From Felis catus (taxonomy: Eukaryota): 64,000 nucleotides of DNA. Position numbers and translations under genes: made by a program. The notes beneath the pieces are model-generated. The model was not told where the DNA came from. It searched no databases and worked only from the letters and a program-made list of their open reading frames with translations. Where the stretch lies: contig NC_058382.1 of assembly GCF_018350175.1 (NCBI RefSeq), positions 49,974,001 through 50,038,000 of the forward strand, written 5' to 3'. Below, in pieces: positions 24,300 to 36,577 of this stretch. Every line of letters begins with the position of its first letter. The first letter of the stretch is position 1.

Positions 24300-27200
24300 G
24301 AGGATGGAGGTGACAATCTGGGAGCAGGGGAGGGTCGACAGCTCTGCTGAGGTCCCTTCCATTCCCAAGATAGGCCTTGAGATGGGGAGGGAGAAGGACA
24401 TTAGAACAGAGAAGGGAATTAGGGGTCCTGAAAAGTGTTTTCACCATCATACTTTGGCCTTGGGCTAGCCCTGGTAGAAGAACACTGGGTTGAAGTGTTA
24501 GCCTTAGGAGGGTGAAGCACCCTGTGGCCACTGGTTAAATCCGAGTACAGATTCCCTCTTAGGCACCCCAGGGACTCCACTTGACCAAATTCTCAGTCAC
24601 TGAAGTGTGCACCCTGAGAGACCGGCTCTGAGCGATGATAGTCAAGGCCAGTGGGGTCAGCAGGGAGGGAGTAGGAGGCTATAAGGAGAAAAAATGTGAA
24701 ACTGGATGGCCTCTGAAGGAAAGCTCCCTGTCTGTGTTGGTAAATCTTCGTGTAGAGTTGGATTTTGAGGCTAGAGGCTGAAGGCATCTGAATCCACAGG
24801 CAGGTCTCCTCAGAGCTGTTAATACAGTTAAATCCATGATGGATACCGAAGGAAGTGATGCTGGGCCTACGGAAGTTTCACAGACCACCTTCTTTCAAAA
24901 ATTACTTATCAGTTAGCTGTATCAGTCTTTATAAGTAGCATCAACTCAAGATAAACTCTCGTTATGGGATCTTAAGAAACAGCCACCTCTGAAACACTGT
25001 CCTTACACAGCCTAGGACAAAGAAACAAGGCACTCACCAAATTTACTTCCAAACAAAATCCATTTATGAAGCACTATCTTCAAAATAGTAATTCTTCTGA
25101 GCTTCAATTTTGAGCAAATATACAATTACTTAGCAACAGTAGTGAAAACAATTACAAGAAAGTCCAAACTGACATCAGAAGAGGGAAAAGGTATTCCTGT
25201 TGTCATTCTATAGTAATGACAAAAATGTAACTCATATTTTGTGTAATGAACATTTATTAAAAATTACCCTAAAATTATAATCTTGTTAGTTCTCCATTTG
25301 AGATATTGTACAATCACTTAAATCAAGAAAACAAAGAGAAAGAAATCGAAATTATTTCAGAAGAAAGACAAAATTCTTGCTGTGTTTCTGATTATTTCAG
25401 TGGACTTGTTAACAAGAACAAAGAAACTGTCATTACAACACCTCCAAATAGAATGACCTGGAAACACTGAATTTCGAGAGTCACACTGAAAAAACCCTAC
25501 AGTTCTAGAATATTATCTAAGGTCGCCAGTGGCCTGGAGTGAGCCAGAGACCTTGTCACACTCTGAACTTGAAGACAGACTCAGACTCAAGTGCCGGTGA
25601 TACCAGATGGTGACACGAATTAGTGACTTTGCCCTGCTGTCCTCAGGGCAGCTGGGGAGGGAATCACTCACTGAGATGTATATCATTATTTCAGAGAAGC
25701 CCCGAAATGTTTCTTCTAATACTACCTAAGATACCCCCTTGTGTTTATTTTGATAGTGAGCTCTAAAATCTTTTGTTGGTGTGTAAGCAGTGTCCCTTGG
25801 TGCCTAACTGGGATCCCACATGGTAGTGACTTCTTAAGCATTTCTTTCCCACTCTCACAGAGCTTGAAAAGCCCCCTCTAGCTGTGGTTTCCTTCACTCC
25901 AGGTGCAGTTCTTGTTGTCTGGCACTCAGAGTTTTCTGCTGAACCCCTCTCTGCTACCATATCCCCACCAATGGTTGACTCTGTCCTTGAAAGCTGTCCC
26001 ATGTGCTTCCAGCCTGCATGCACCTGGCTCCAGCCCATGCTTACTCACAGTCGCCGTGTTTCCTTCTTCTGAGTGAACGATGCTTACCATTTTTCTCCAG
26101 GAAACATCCTCATACTGCCAACACTTTGAACCCATCTACAAGGCAAGCACAGTTTAAACACAGGCAGACAGTTTTTCATAGAGTGGAAGTGAATGGAATT
26201 TGGGGTTAAAAGTCCCAGATTCAATACCAGGTGTGTCCTCAGCTTCGTTTGTGATGCTAAAAGGAACAGCTTAGTGGAGGGTTTACATGTGCCACGGGCT
26301 TTATGTAAATTCCTCTCTGGTAACCTGCACAACAACCCTAATCCGTGCTTGAGCTGGGACGGTTGAGGGCATGCAGACTTGAATCACCTGTCCAGAGTAC
26401 CTGGCTAGCAAGGTGCAGAGGTGAGGCTCACCCCAGGAAGCCTGGCTTCAGAGCTTGAGCTGTCAACCAACTGAATGTTGTGTGATTTGGAGCTTGAGTT
26501 TGAGCCTCAGTTTCCTTACCTCTACATGCCGTCCCCTTCCTCAAGGAGAGCCAGAGTGAGCTTCAGTGAGATCAATAAAAACCTGGTGGGGAGACAATAT
26601 GGCACTCTGTGCTTTGGGAGTCGTGTGCCCACAACATTCATTCCTGCATCCAGGGAAGACTTGATCAGTGCATGCACTTTCCCGCCTCCTCACTTGGAAC
26701 TGTCTAGGCCAGTGAAATGATCTGGGTCCCTGAGATCCAGTGGCTTTTCCTTTAACACAACAGCACCCGTGCTCTCTGCTGCTCAACTTTGGTTTAGGAG
26801 TTCCATCCTTACCATGTCTCTTTCCTTGGCATCTTCTTCCAACTTTCCCACAACCCTGGTTCACAACCATTCCCACGCCCACATTAATGTGGAGTATATG
26901 ACTCACCGTCAAGGGTCAACCTCAAAGGGGCTGGCCCATCACCCATGCGAGAGGGTGGAGCAGTCTGTAAGATAAAGCTGAGGTTCGTCAGGGAATGTGT
27001 GGGCAGCGGGGAACAACAGGGTCCTAGGTAAGGCTTGAAAGAGGCACCACAGGTGTGTGGGTTCTGCCCAGAACTGCCAGAACTGTATGAGGTCTCAGGT
27101 CCTGCCTGACTGGATTCATCCATTCATTTCTTGCTCGATTCCCCAGATCCTTAATGAGTGCCTGTTATGTGCTGGACAGGAGAGGGCTCAGTGAGAATAA

Positions 27201-30200
27201 GATTCACCTTTACCGTTCAGAGGGAAATGCAGACACTACATGGGCTACAAACACGAAAATAAAGTTATTTCAGAGAGGATGGGTTCTATGAGGCCGTGAA
27301 TAGGGAGAAGGGATCAAGAGGGACACAGTGAGCGCAGTCAGTAGGGTGTGGTGGTCAGGAAAGTCACTTTAGAAGTCAGGAGCAGAGCTGGTATTAAATG
27401 AAGAAGGCAGCACCCACCTGTCTGGGGAAAGGTGTTCCTGGCAGAGGAAATAGCCAGTGTGAGGCTCTGAAAAACAAATAAATAAACAGACAAACAAACC
27501 TGACCTTGACATATTAACAGAACATTAAGAAGCCCTTCCTGATGGAAGGCAGAGTTCTAAACTGTCCATCGACATCAGTTCCAGTTGTCAGTGGGTGGCA
27601 GGTGGTCACAGGGTTGGTAGTCTGGAAGGGACAAGGGTTGACAGACTGGCCTTTTGAGGTCCTTTCTAACCCCAAGTCCAGACTTGTGATGGAGACAGGA
27701 GGTGAAGGGCACAGAACAGAGCCGGGGATCAAGGCCCTGAAAATGTCTCTGTTAGAGTAATTTTCTTCTGGGGGCTGGCCTGGCTGAAGAGGACTGGGTT
27801 TGTCCTATGAATTCAGAAGGGGCCCACCTGGGGCACCTTTGAGAGTTAAGATTAAGATTGAGTCTTAAGGATCATCCCAGGTACTTTAGCTTGCAGAAGG
27901 TAAAAAGCTTGTGGCCTTAGGGTTAAATATGAGTTCAGTGCTTGTCTTACACATTCTGATGACTCCCATTTCTTCTGTACCAAACTGAACTGAAACGTGT
28001 TCTTTGAAAGGCTGGTTCTGGTAGGTGTCAGTCAGGGTCGTGGTGGTAGAGGGTGAGTGGAGAGCACTGACTCATAAGTGTGGGAAGCTGGGTTGCTCCT
28101 GGAGCAAAGCTCCCTCTCTGGGCTGCTAATCGAGGCCAAAGCTCCATTCTGAGGATGAAGGATGAAGGTGGCAGAATTCATAGGGCAGGTCTCTTTGGAG
28201 CCATCATTACAGTTACACATGATGAATGCCGAAGGGCTGCTTGGCCATATAAAATGTTTCACAGCCTTACCTTTTCTTAAGTCAAACATTGATTTTGTTA
28301 AACATACTAGTGTTATAACTAGAGTAACTCGGCTCTTGTCTCAACTAAAATAAACTTTGTGTTTCACATCTCCCGGTTGTGAGTCCACTCATATAAAATT
28401 GCCACTTAGTGTCTGTGTTATGGGGCCTTGTTAAAAATAGCCAACCAAAATACCGTTCTTACTTATATACTAGCAATGAAAGCAGAAGAGGAAAAAAATA
28501 TCAGTCATTTTAAGAAAAAAGAAAATTCTGTGTTTCTGATTATTTTAGTGGACTTTATTAATAGCTACAAAATACTGTCATTACACCTACTAATAGAACA
28601 ACATGGAGACACTGGATTTCGAGAGTCACATTGAAAAAAACCTATAGTTCTAGAACATTATCTGAGAACTACAGCCCTATCTGGTTTGCACGTGGAGCAG
28701 TGAGTGGTCTGTGTAAACGGCCTGCAGGTCACCAGTGGCCAGGAGTGAGGCAGAGACCTTGCCACACTCTGAACTGGAAGACAGGCTCAGACTCAAATGC
28801 TGGTGATACCAGATGGTGACACAAATTAGATCGGGTGGTCAGAGCAGGGCAGAGGGAATATTCCCTGGGTTTCAGCTGCTCCTGTTGCCAAGAAGCACTC
28901 ACGAGTTTATTTCCGATATTACTTTATGGACCCTCTCACATTTGTTCCCATAGTTATCTCCAAAATGTTTTTGCCACTTCCAGAAAGAATCCCCCAACCC
29001 CTGCCCCTGGTTCTAATTAGGACTACATTTGCCAATTGCATTCCCACTGTTTCTTACCCACTCACAGTGAGCCTGGAATGACCAGACCTGAATTCCCTCG
29101 ATCTTTCCCAGCTCCAGGGACTATTTCTGCGATCTGCGCTCAAGGCCGAGCCCCTTTCCCACCTGCACCCTCTGGTGTTTGGCTCGGTCCCTGGAAGAGT
29201 GTGCTCAGATGTGTCCTCCCTGCAGACACCTGCCCAAGCATATGCATGTTCACAATCTCCGGGGGCACCTCTTCCTGAGTAAGTGACCATTTCCCTCCAC
29301 GAGAGGTTCTCACACTGCATTTTGGTGCAGTGTGACAGCCAGTAAAACTTAGAGGCAAAACGGCTTTCCAGAGAATGGAAAATGAATGCGATTTGGGGAC
29401 GGATGTCCCAGATGCAATGCCAGGTATGTCATTAACTTAGACTTGTGATTGTAAAAATAGCAACTTATTTGACCATGGGCTAAGTGTTTTCCATAAACTC
29501 ATCTCATTTAACCTGTACAACTCTGTCAGAGGTGAGGAGTTTGAGGGAGCAGGTCTAGGTGACGTGCCCAAAGATACCCAAATGGGAGGGTACAAAGGGG
29601 AGCCTGGTCCCTGGGCTTCAGAGCACAAGTTGACAACCACCCCTTAATGTTTTATAACTTGAAGCTTGTTTGAACTTCCATCTCTCCATCTCTACATGTA
29701 ACCCTTGCACTAGAGGGGAGCCCTATGTGGGTTTTGAGCGGCATGAGTGGAGAATAGCACGGAGTTCCTATGAAAGTCTGTGCTTTCTTGAGTTCTGTGC
29801 TTTGCAAATATTTGCCATGACTTCTAGGGAAGAGCTGAGTGTTGAGTGCTTGCAAGTTCCTCCTTGCTAGGGACTATCCAAACCAGTGGAAAATCTGGGC
29901 CTTGAAGTCCAGTGGGTTTTCTTTTACCATAAAAGCACCTGAGCTCCTTCCTGCTCAACACTCAGTACAGGAGGCAGTGACCACCCCACTGTGTCTCTTT
30001 CAGTAACATTGCTTCCTCTTTCCCTACAACCTTGAGTTTCCTCTACCTTCTACATGAACTGCATTACTGTGGAGCCTTTGGCCTGAAACCCACACATGAG
30101 ACAGGAGCCGTTTCTAGGATAAAGCCTGCGTTCTTCAGGGAACATTCAGCCAGTGGGAACATCTGGGTCCAGGTTTGGCTCCAAGGAGGCACCACACGTA

Positions 30201-31550
30201 TGTGAGACCCACCATTACCGTCTGGGCAGGTCTGAGGCTGGATGGCTGTCTTCCCCCTGGAGTCGCTTGTTCATTTCTTGCTCAATTTCTGCAACCCTTG
30301 AGTGCCTTTCATGCTCCAGACAGGAGAGAGGGCTCAGCAGGAATAAGATAATCTCTGTTCTACTTGTCCTTGTAGGGCGGAGGGTGATGCAGAAAATACA
30401 TGCGAATAAACATGGAAATAAGATGATTTCAGAAAGGATGAGCACTATGAGGCCATACGTGGGGTGAAGTGATAGAGAGGAATGGATGAACACAGCCACT
30501 AGTCTGTGGGGGTCAGGAAAGGGCGCCCTTCAAGAAGACAGGACCAGAGTGGGTGTCGAAATGAAGGAGGCAGCACCCACCCATCTGGGGAAAGGTGTTC
30601 CTGGTGGAAGAAACGACACGAGTGGGCTTGAGATGCTGGTTGGACAGAAGGATGGTCAGTGGCTGTGTTGGAGGGGCGTGGGCCTGCACATGTCTGGACC
30701 AGGACACGCATCACCTCACGGGTCACTGGAGCATGGATTTGAATCTCAGTGTGATTTAGAGGCATTGGTGGGCTTTTAGCATCATGGCCTCATGGTCTCA
30801 TTTAGGGTCTTAAGCTGTTTCCATTTGCTGTACAGTTATAAAGTGGAGACGGTTCAGGGAAGGAGGGAGTAGGGGTTGACTGCTGGCCTCTGAGGTCCTT
30901 TCCATCCCTAAATCCATGCTTGTGATGGGGCAGGGTGGTACAGGACACAGGACTGGGAAGAGAGTCGGGGTCCTGGAAAGGCATTGTCGCCTTCATAATT
31001 TTGCCTGGGTCAGGTCCTAGGTGAAGAGTTGCTGGGCTTGACCTTTGAACCCAGTCAGGGCTCCCCTGGGGCGCCTTTCAGAGTCAAGGTTAACGTTGCC
31101 TCTCATTACCCTCAGGAGTGCAGGTTGAGCGGGGTGGAAGCAGGTGGCCTCAGGGTTAAATCTCATTCACATTCACATCAGGAACAAAATAATCCACAAT
31201 TCTCAATGTTGTAATTCTGTCAGGTCTCCTATTGAGATGTTGTGTAATCACTTTATACAATGGCAATAAAACCAGAAGAGAAGCATCAAAATTATTTTAA
31301 GAGAAAAGCAAAATGAAATACTGGTTTCCTGGATTATTTTAGAAGACTTCCTAAAAACAACAAAAACTGTAATTATGCTGTTTGCAAATAGAATAAAATG
31401 AAGCAATTAACTTAGTGTCACATTGAAATAATCTACAACTATAGAACATTATCTACGAAGTATGAACCCCATGTGGTTTTCATTTTAGACATTACATAAT
31501 CACTTAATAGCAATAAAACTTAAATAGTATTAGAAAATGATTTTAGTGGA
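24300..31550. repeat. Old local tandem duplication, period about 3.3 kb, about 2.2 copies
   Basis: Blocks aligned by eye: 24300-24560 = 27600-27940 = 30840-31170; 24715-24890 = 28105-28275; 25290-25520 = 28460-28665 = 31225-31460; 25520-25623 = 28727-28829; 26480-27450 = 29660-30610. The units contain MIR/L2 relics. Confidence 0.85.
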
Positions 31551-31875
31551 GAGAATAAGAACATTTTGCTGTGGTTCTGGTTCTGTAATTGTAGGATCAA
31601 TGGAAAATGGGATCAACTGGGTGGTGATTCACTTCTGTTTTCAGGTGGTGTGGACAGCCTTTGGTGCAGAGACATTTCCTGTGACTGATGGAGGATGGGG
31701 AGAAAGTGTGGGGCCAGTGAAGCCCCTTGTTGGAGAAGATTCCTAGGCTATTTTTTTTCTGAATTTCTGGCATGGGGGAAGACTGGAGAGTCCTCTTCCC
31801 CCTGAGCTATCTGCTTAAGCTTTTCTAAAACATCTCAAGTCTGACAAGGGACGAAGGGGAAACCCAGAGTCTAGG

Positions 31876-33829
31876 TCAATGGAATTCTGATCCTATGATT
31901 TGTTGAATCAAAAGAAAAGTCCCAAGCTGCTGTGTACACCTGGAGTGCCAGGATACCCTGGCTGTCTCGAGATCTTGAGAAAGATCTGCTCTGTTGAGAT
32001 GGAGTTGATCTGCCGGAAGGATCTTTCCCTTGGGCTTCTGATCCTTGGAGGGACCCTGGTTCCTCAACCCACCACAGCTTAGTGCTGCTCCTTCCTTGGG
32101 GATCTGGACATCCCGAGGATGCCCTGGTGGTCTCTGCCCTCTGCCACCTGTTCTGTTTGCAGCATCAGGGACGTAAGGATATTTTTGGAAATCTTACATT
32201 CTTCCTCAGTGTTTTTTTTTCTTCTCCTCCCTCAGGTATGCACTTTCTTTTCTTAACCTATGGAGGTGACTCTCAGCCAACAGAGCCCCCAACTCATTGT
32301 CACGGGCTCTTTTAAAAATAGGATTCAATAATAACACACGATTCTTTCGAATTTGTCTGAAAGAATTTTGACGTGTATATTGTAGGTGTCCAGCTCTTCG
32401 CATTAATGGCTGGTCTCGCCATCGGTTTTTTGAAGGATTCTCCTACATCCCTGAGGGGTACATCCTCTCTAAATCAGGTATTTGGAGAAAATGATTTTTA
32501 TGCTGATACACTTCAGAGAGGACGGGAAGTTTCCGCTGGAGCTGAGGTATCTCTGTTTCCAACTGTTTTTGTTTGTTTGTTTGTTTCTGATTGCAGTGAA
32601 GCCTTCCTGGTTTAGAGACATTTCTGGTGATCTTTCAAGGCACCGATTAGGTCATATTCTTCAGTGTAGTTAGCATGCAACTGGTTTCTTTTTTCTTCAA
32701 GAGTTTTTAAGTGAGTGTGTAAGCTCAAACCACATTGATCATTGTCTTCCCTTTGGTTCATCTTCCACGTGGCCTCTGTTTTCTCGTGAATTTGTTTCAT
32801 CTGATTCCAAGCTCCCCCCAGCCATGAAGACCCTTGTTGGAGAAGATTCCTAGGCTGTTTTTTTTCTGAATTTCTGGCATGGGGGAAGACTGGAGAGTCC
32901 TATTCCCCCTGAGCTATCCGCTTAAGCTTTTCGAAAACATCTGAAGTCTGACAGCAGCAGCCCTGCCCCCATCTTCTGCAATGTTTACCTGGAAGCTTGA
33001 TCTGACTTCCTTGATCAGGCTTCCTTGAAGTTGAGGATTTTTGTCCAGAGCATCTCTAAGAGCTCCCTGATTTTTTTTTTCCTTCATTTTCCTGATGGAT
33101 TTTGCAGAGGTTAACAGCGACAGTGACTTGATTTTGGTTCTCTGATGTTGCTTGTAAAGACTGGGTTTTTCTGGTAATGTCAGCCATTTGTTTGACTTGT
33201 TTCAGATCTTGAGATTTCTCCTCGTTGGGTAGTTTTGGAACGTCTCCTCTACAGGTCTTTATTCATGGTCTCCAACTTTCTTTTTTTTTTTTTTTTTAAT
33301 TTTTTTTTTCAACATTTATTTATTTTTGGGACAGAGAGAGACAGAGCATGAACAGGGGAGGGGTAGAGAGAGAGGGAGACACAGAATCGGAAACAGGCTC
33401 CAGGCTCTGAGCCATCAGCCCAGAGCCCGACGCGGGGCTCGAACCCACGGACCGCGAGATCGTGACCTGGCTGAAGTCGGACGCTCAACAGACTGCGCCA
33501 CCCAGGCGCCCCATGGTCTCCAACTTTCTTATTGCTGGTACTGTGTCTCCCCAAAGGGTTCTAGTGAACCCTTCTGACTCAGGCCCTTGAAACACATTTT
33601 CACTTAGTCATAGCTTCTCAAAATGTATTGTCTTTCCTCCGGAGGGGCAGAGTCTACAGTGTCCACTTTGTCCCTCTAGGAAGTCAAATATATATTTTAA
33701 GTCAGATCTTGATAACGGTGAATCTGACCATGACTATCACAACTGCCACTGCACGTAGCAATGAGTGGGGAGCTGGGTCTGGCCTAAGGCCCCCTAGAAG
33801 TTCTTCAGGACCAGCAGCACACAGATCAT
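31876..33829 (-). pseudogene. Highly diverged intronless cTAGE5/MIA2 (MEA6)-like retrocopy, disabled
   Basis: Colinear matches to recalled cTAGE5. EELLGGLRPDPAPHSLLRAVAVVIVMV (TM region). MADITRKTQSL ~ MADISKRIQSL. ALRDALDKNPQLQGS ~ AIKDALNENSQLQES. HLKTLEEKRNQL ~ SLKTLEGERNQI. L*TRKASLQSE ~ LQTEQASLQSE. QLQRKLPVLSEVYQ ~ KLQQKLKVMTELYQ. KRARDNELGALLAESHLHRLRKESA ~ [35 protein letters not shown] ~ KDPYALDVPN. No introns; many stops and frameshifts; one SINE insertion. Confidence 0.8.
33281..33512 (-). mobile_element. Young felid SINE (SINEC_Fc-type) inserted in the cTAGE retrocopy
   Basis: Near-consensus, CpG-rich copy with a long pure T tail. TSD catggtctccaactttct on both sides (about 33265 and 33512). 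Confidence 0.95.
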
Positions 33830-34689
33830 CGTGAATACTGGCACACACACCGTGGCCCAGAGGCCACTGTGAAGTCACGTCACATCCAGAATATCATTTT
33901 TATCACCATGATGAGAACCCTCATGTGCAGTAACACTTTGTCCTTCATGTCCTCTGCTTCTGACTTTGTCAGACCCTGTCCTTCCTGGGGAAGAAGACTT
34001 TAGGCTGAGTCAGGAATAAGGGAAGTGGGAGCACAGCCAAGGGCCCGGACTGAGGCAGATGACAAAGTCAAGCTCTCTTGGCATCATCTGGTGCCACTGC
34101 CTCCACACTCATCATCTCCACATTGGAGTGAACTTTGTCTTTACCTGGGACATGGTTTTGTGTGTGGCCAGGCTGGTCACAACACTCAAATTAGGTACCT
34201 GATCTGGTTGCTTGCCAGAATGGAGCTGGTTCCAGGCAGGGCATATGGAAATCCATGTGATATTAAATCTCTTGCACCCAGGGGCCTGCCAAGGGTGGGT
34301 GACCCTGTGCCAAGGATGTGATGCTTAGATGGCACCCGATGACACACAGTGAGTGTGAGTGCTGTGGACACTTGCTTGACCCACACCTGCAAAGGAAGCA
34401 AACAGAAGCCCTGGCCGAGCAGGCATGGAGGCAGGTGATGGAAGTGTGGATTCTACCGTCTGCTCCCCTGGAGGATGCTAGTGACAGGGGTGAGGTTGCC
34501 CTAGTGCAGTCTGTGAATGAAGGGGCAGGGGTGGGGATTTCAGGTTCTTGGGCTGGTGGGCACATCCCTGTCAGCCGCTGCCTTCATCCCTCACTAGGCA
34601 TTGGACTTCAGACAATGCATACAGTGTTTTACTGGAGACCTTTTTCTAGGAGTGCAAAATACCTATGAAAGAAGTGAAATTTATTAAGA

Positions 34690-34903
34690 AGCTTAAAAAA
34701 ATTTTTTTAATGTTTATTTTTGAGAGAGACACAGAGTGCAAGTAGGGGAGGGGCAGAAATAAAGGGAGACACAGAATCTGAAGCAGGCTCCAGGCTCCGA
34801 GATGTCAGCACAGAGCCTGCTGCAGGGCTTGAACTCATGAACCATGAGATCATGACCTGAGCCAAAGTCAGACAGTCAACCAACTGAGTCACCCAGGCGC
34901 CCC
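34690..34903 (-). mobile_element. Can-SINE with TSD
   Basis: TSD gaagtgaaatttattaa at 34671 and 34905. Confidence 0.9.
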
Positions 34904-34959
34904 TGAAGTGAAATTTATTAAATTAAAACAATTTTGTTCTCTTCGTGTTGTATTTAATT

Positions 34960-35345
34960 AACTTTTTCATCCCTAGGATCACTAAGATTTTCTCTTAGTT
35001 TTCTCCTAGAATGTTTATAGATTTAGCTCCTGAAATTGGCCTATGATACAGCCTGAGTTAGTTTTTGTATATGGTGTGAGGTAAGGGTAAAGGTTCATAC
35101 ATATGTTTTATTGTTTCAGTACAATTTGTTGAAAGATCCTTTCCCCATCAAATGGCCTTGGTGCTTTGGTGGAAAAATCACTGTATATGTATAAGTCTGT
35201 TTCTGTATTCCTCACTCTGTTCCATTGATTTGTTTGTCTATCTTTACAGCAGTTGCACTGTTTCAGTCACCATGGCTTTATATTAACTCTTGAAATCAGG
35301 TAGTTTAAGTCATCTACTCTTGTTCTTCTTTTTCAGAACTGTTTG
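34960..35345 (-). mobile_element. Old L1M ORF2 fragment
   Basis: gagttagtttttgtatatggtgtgaggtaagg, atttgttgaaaga and ctgttccattgat...tcttgaaatcaggtag are reverse-complemented L1 ORF2 motifs. Confidence 0.7.
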
Positions 35346-35359
35346 GAAAATTTTCATCA

Positions 35360-35515
35360 TCTCTCAGCCTTGGTTCTGTTGACATTTTGTAAAGGATCAT
35401 TCTTCATGGGAGCTGTCCTATACAGTTATGAGATGTTTAGTTGTATCCCTGTTCTCTGTCCCACTCAATGCCAGTAGCATCCTTCCCCAACATGACAATC
35501 AAAAATGTATCCAGG
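35360..35515. mobile_element. MER20-like fragment
   Basis: tctcagccttgg..ctgttgacatttt...gatgtttag...cccactcaatgccagtagca...acaatcaaaaatgtatccag. Confidence 0.55.
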
Positions 35516-36577
35516 GTACCAGCATCACAGGAGTGTACCTTGTTTTTGCACCTGCCCCCCCCCCCCCCCCGCCGGTTTGGCATTCATCCACAGACAAAAG
35601 TGGATGAGCTTTGTGGGAGCTGTTGGATCCAGCACCACATGCCAAGGGTCCCAGGAGGAGTCTCACCCACCTGTCCATTGGTGAATAGGCACATAGATCT
35701 AGGTCTTGGCTGTAGACCCTGCATTGGTCCGTGAACCCACTCCAGTCCCTCTTGGCTGCCAGTCTAGGAGACCCTGGAAAACACTGATGAGAGAACTTTG
35801 TAGAAGTTTGAGTTTCCAGAGGAGAATTTCCATCACACTGTTGGGGCACAAATAAAAGTTTGAACACATTGGAGTGGATAGAAGGAATAGCTTCACCTTC
35901 CTCACACCTTCCCCAAGGCTGCACAGCTTAGGGCCAAGAGAGATCTCATCCTCCCTCTGATTTCTCCTATGGGGAAAGGGAGTGAGTACCCGCTTTCCTG
36001 GTTGTGTGGGACGCTGCCAAAGGGAGTCATTTCTCTCTTGCTCCATCCAGAGGACTAAATCATGAACTTCAGGACTAGGGGATTGGGGCTGGGGGTCGGG
36101 AAGAGGCTGGGAGCGGCAGATAGGACTCTTAGAGAGCATTAAAGGCACGTGATCCTACTAACTGCATCGCAGATTCCATCGAGAAGTCTGCCCCTTGGCT
36201 GCTGGGAATGTCTCACCTGTGGATCCCCGCAGCTGCCCCAGGGGTACCCCCAGAGCTCTGAAAATCTTGCCCACATACACTGTACAGTGCGATTTTAGGT
36301 TTACAGAAAAAATTGAGCATGAAGTACAAAGCGTTCTTATAAACACAATTTCTCTTATAATTAACATCTTGCATTAGTGCGACACAGTTACAGTTGATAA
36401 GCAAATATTGACACATTATCAATAATGACTCTCCTCTCCCCCTGCCGCCGCCCTCCTTGCATTGTGGTCTGGGATCTCTTTCAGGGCGGCAATCAATCTG
36501 GGGACAACTGAGGGGCTGACCTTGTTTGTTATCTGTTTCACAGAACTAGTGTCCTTTATTGCCTGTTATCCAGTATC

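Noticed and set aside
24300..31550. D4Z4-like DUX macrosatellite (3.3-kb period near a DUX gene)
   Set aside because: The units are diverged, not CpG-rich, and contain no recognisable homeobox. The similar period is a coincidence.
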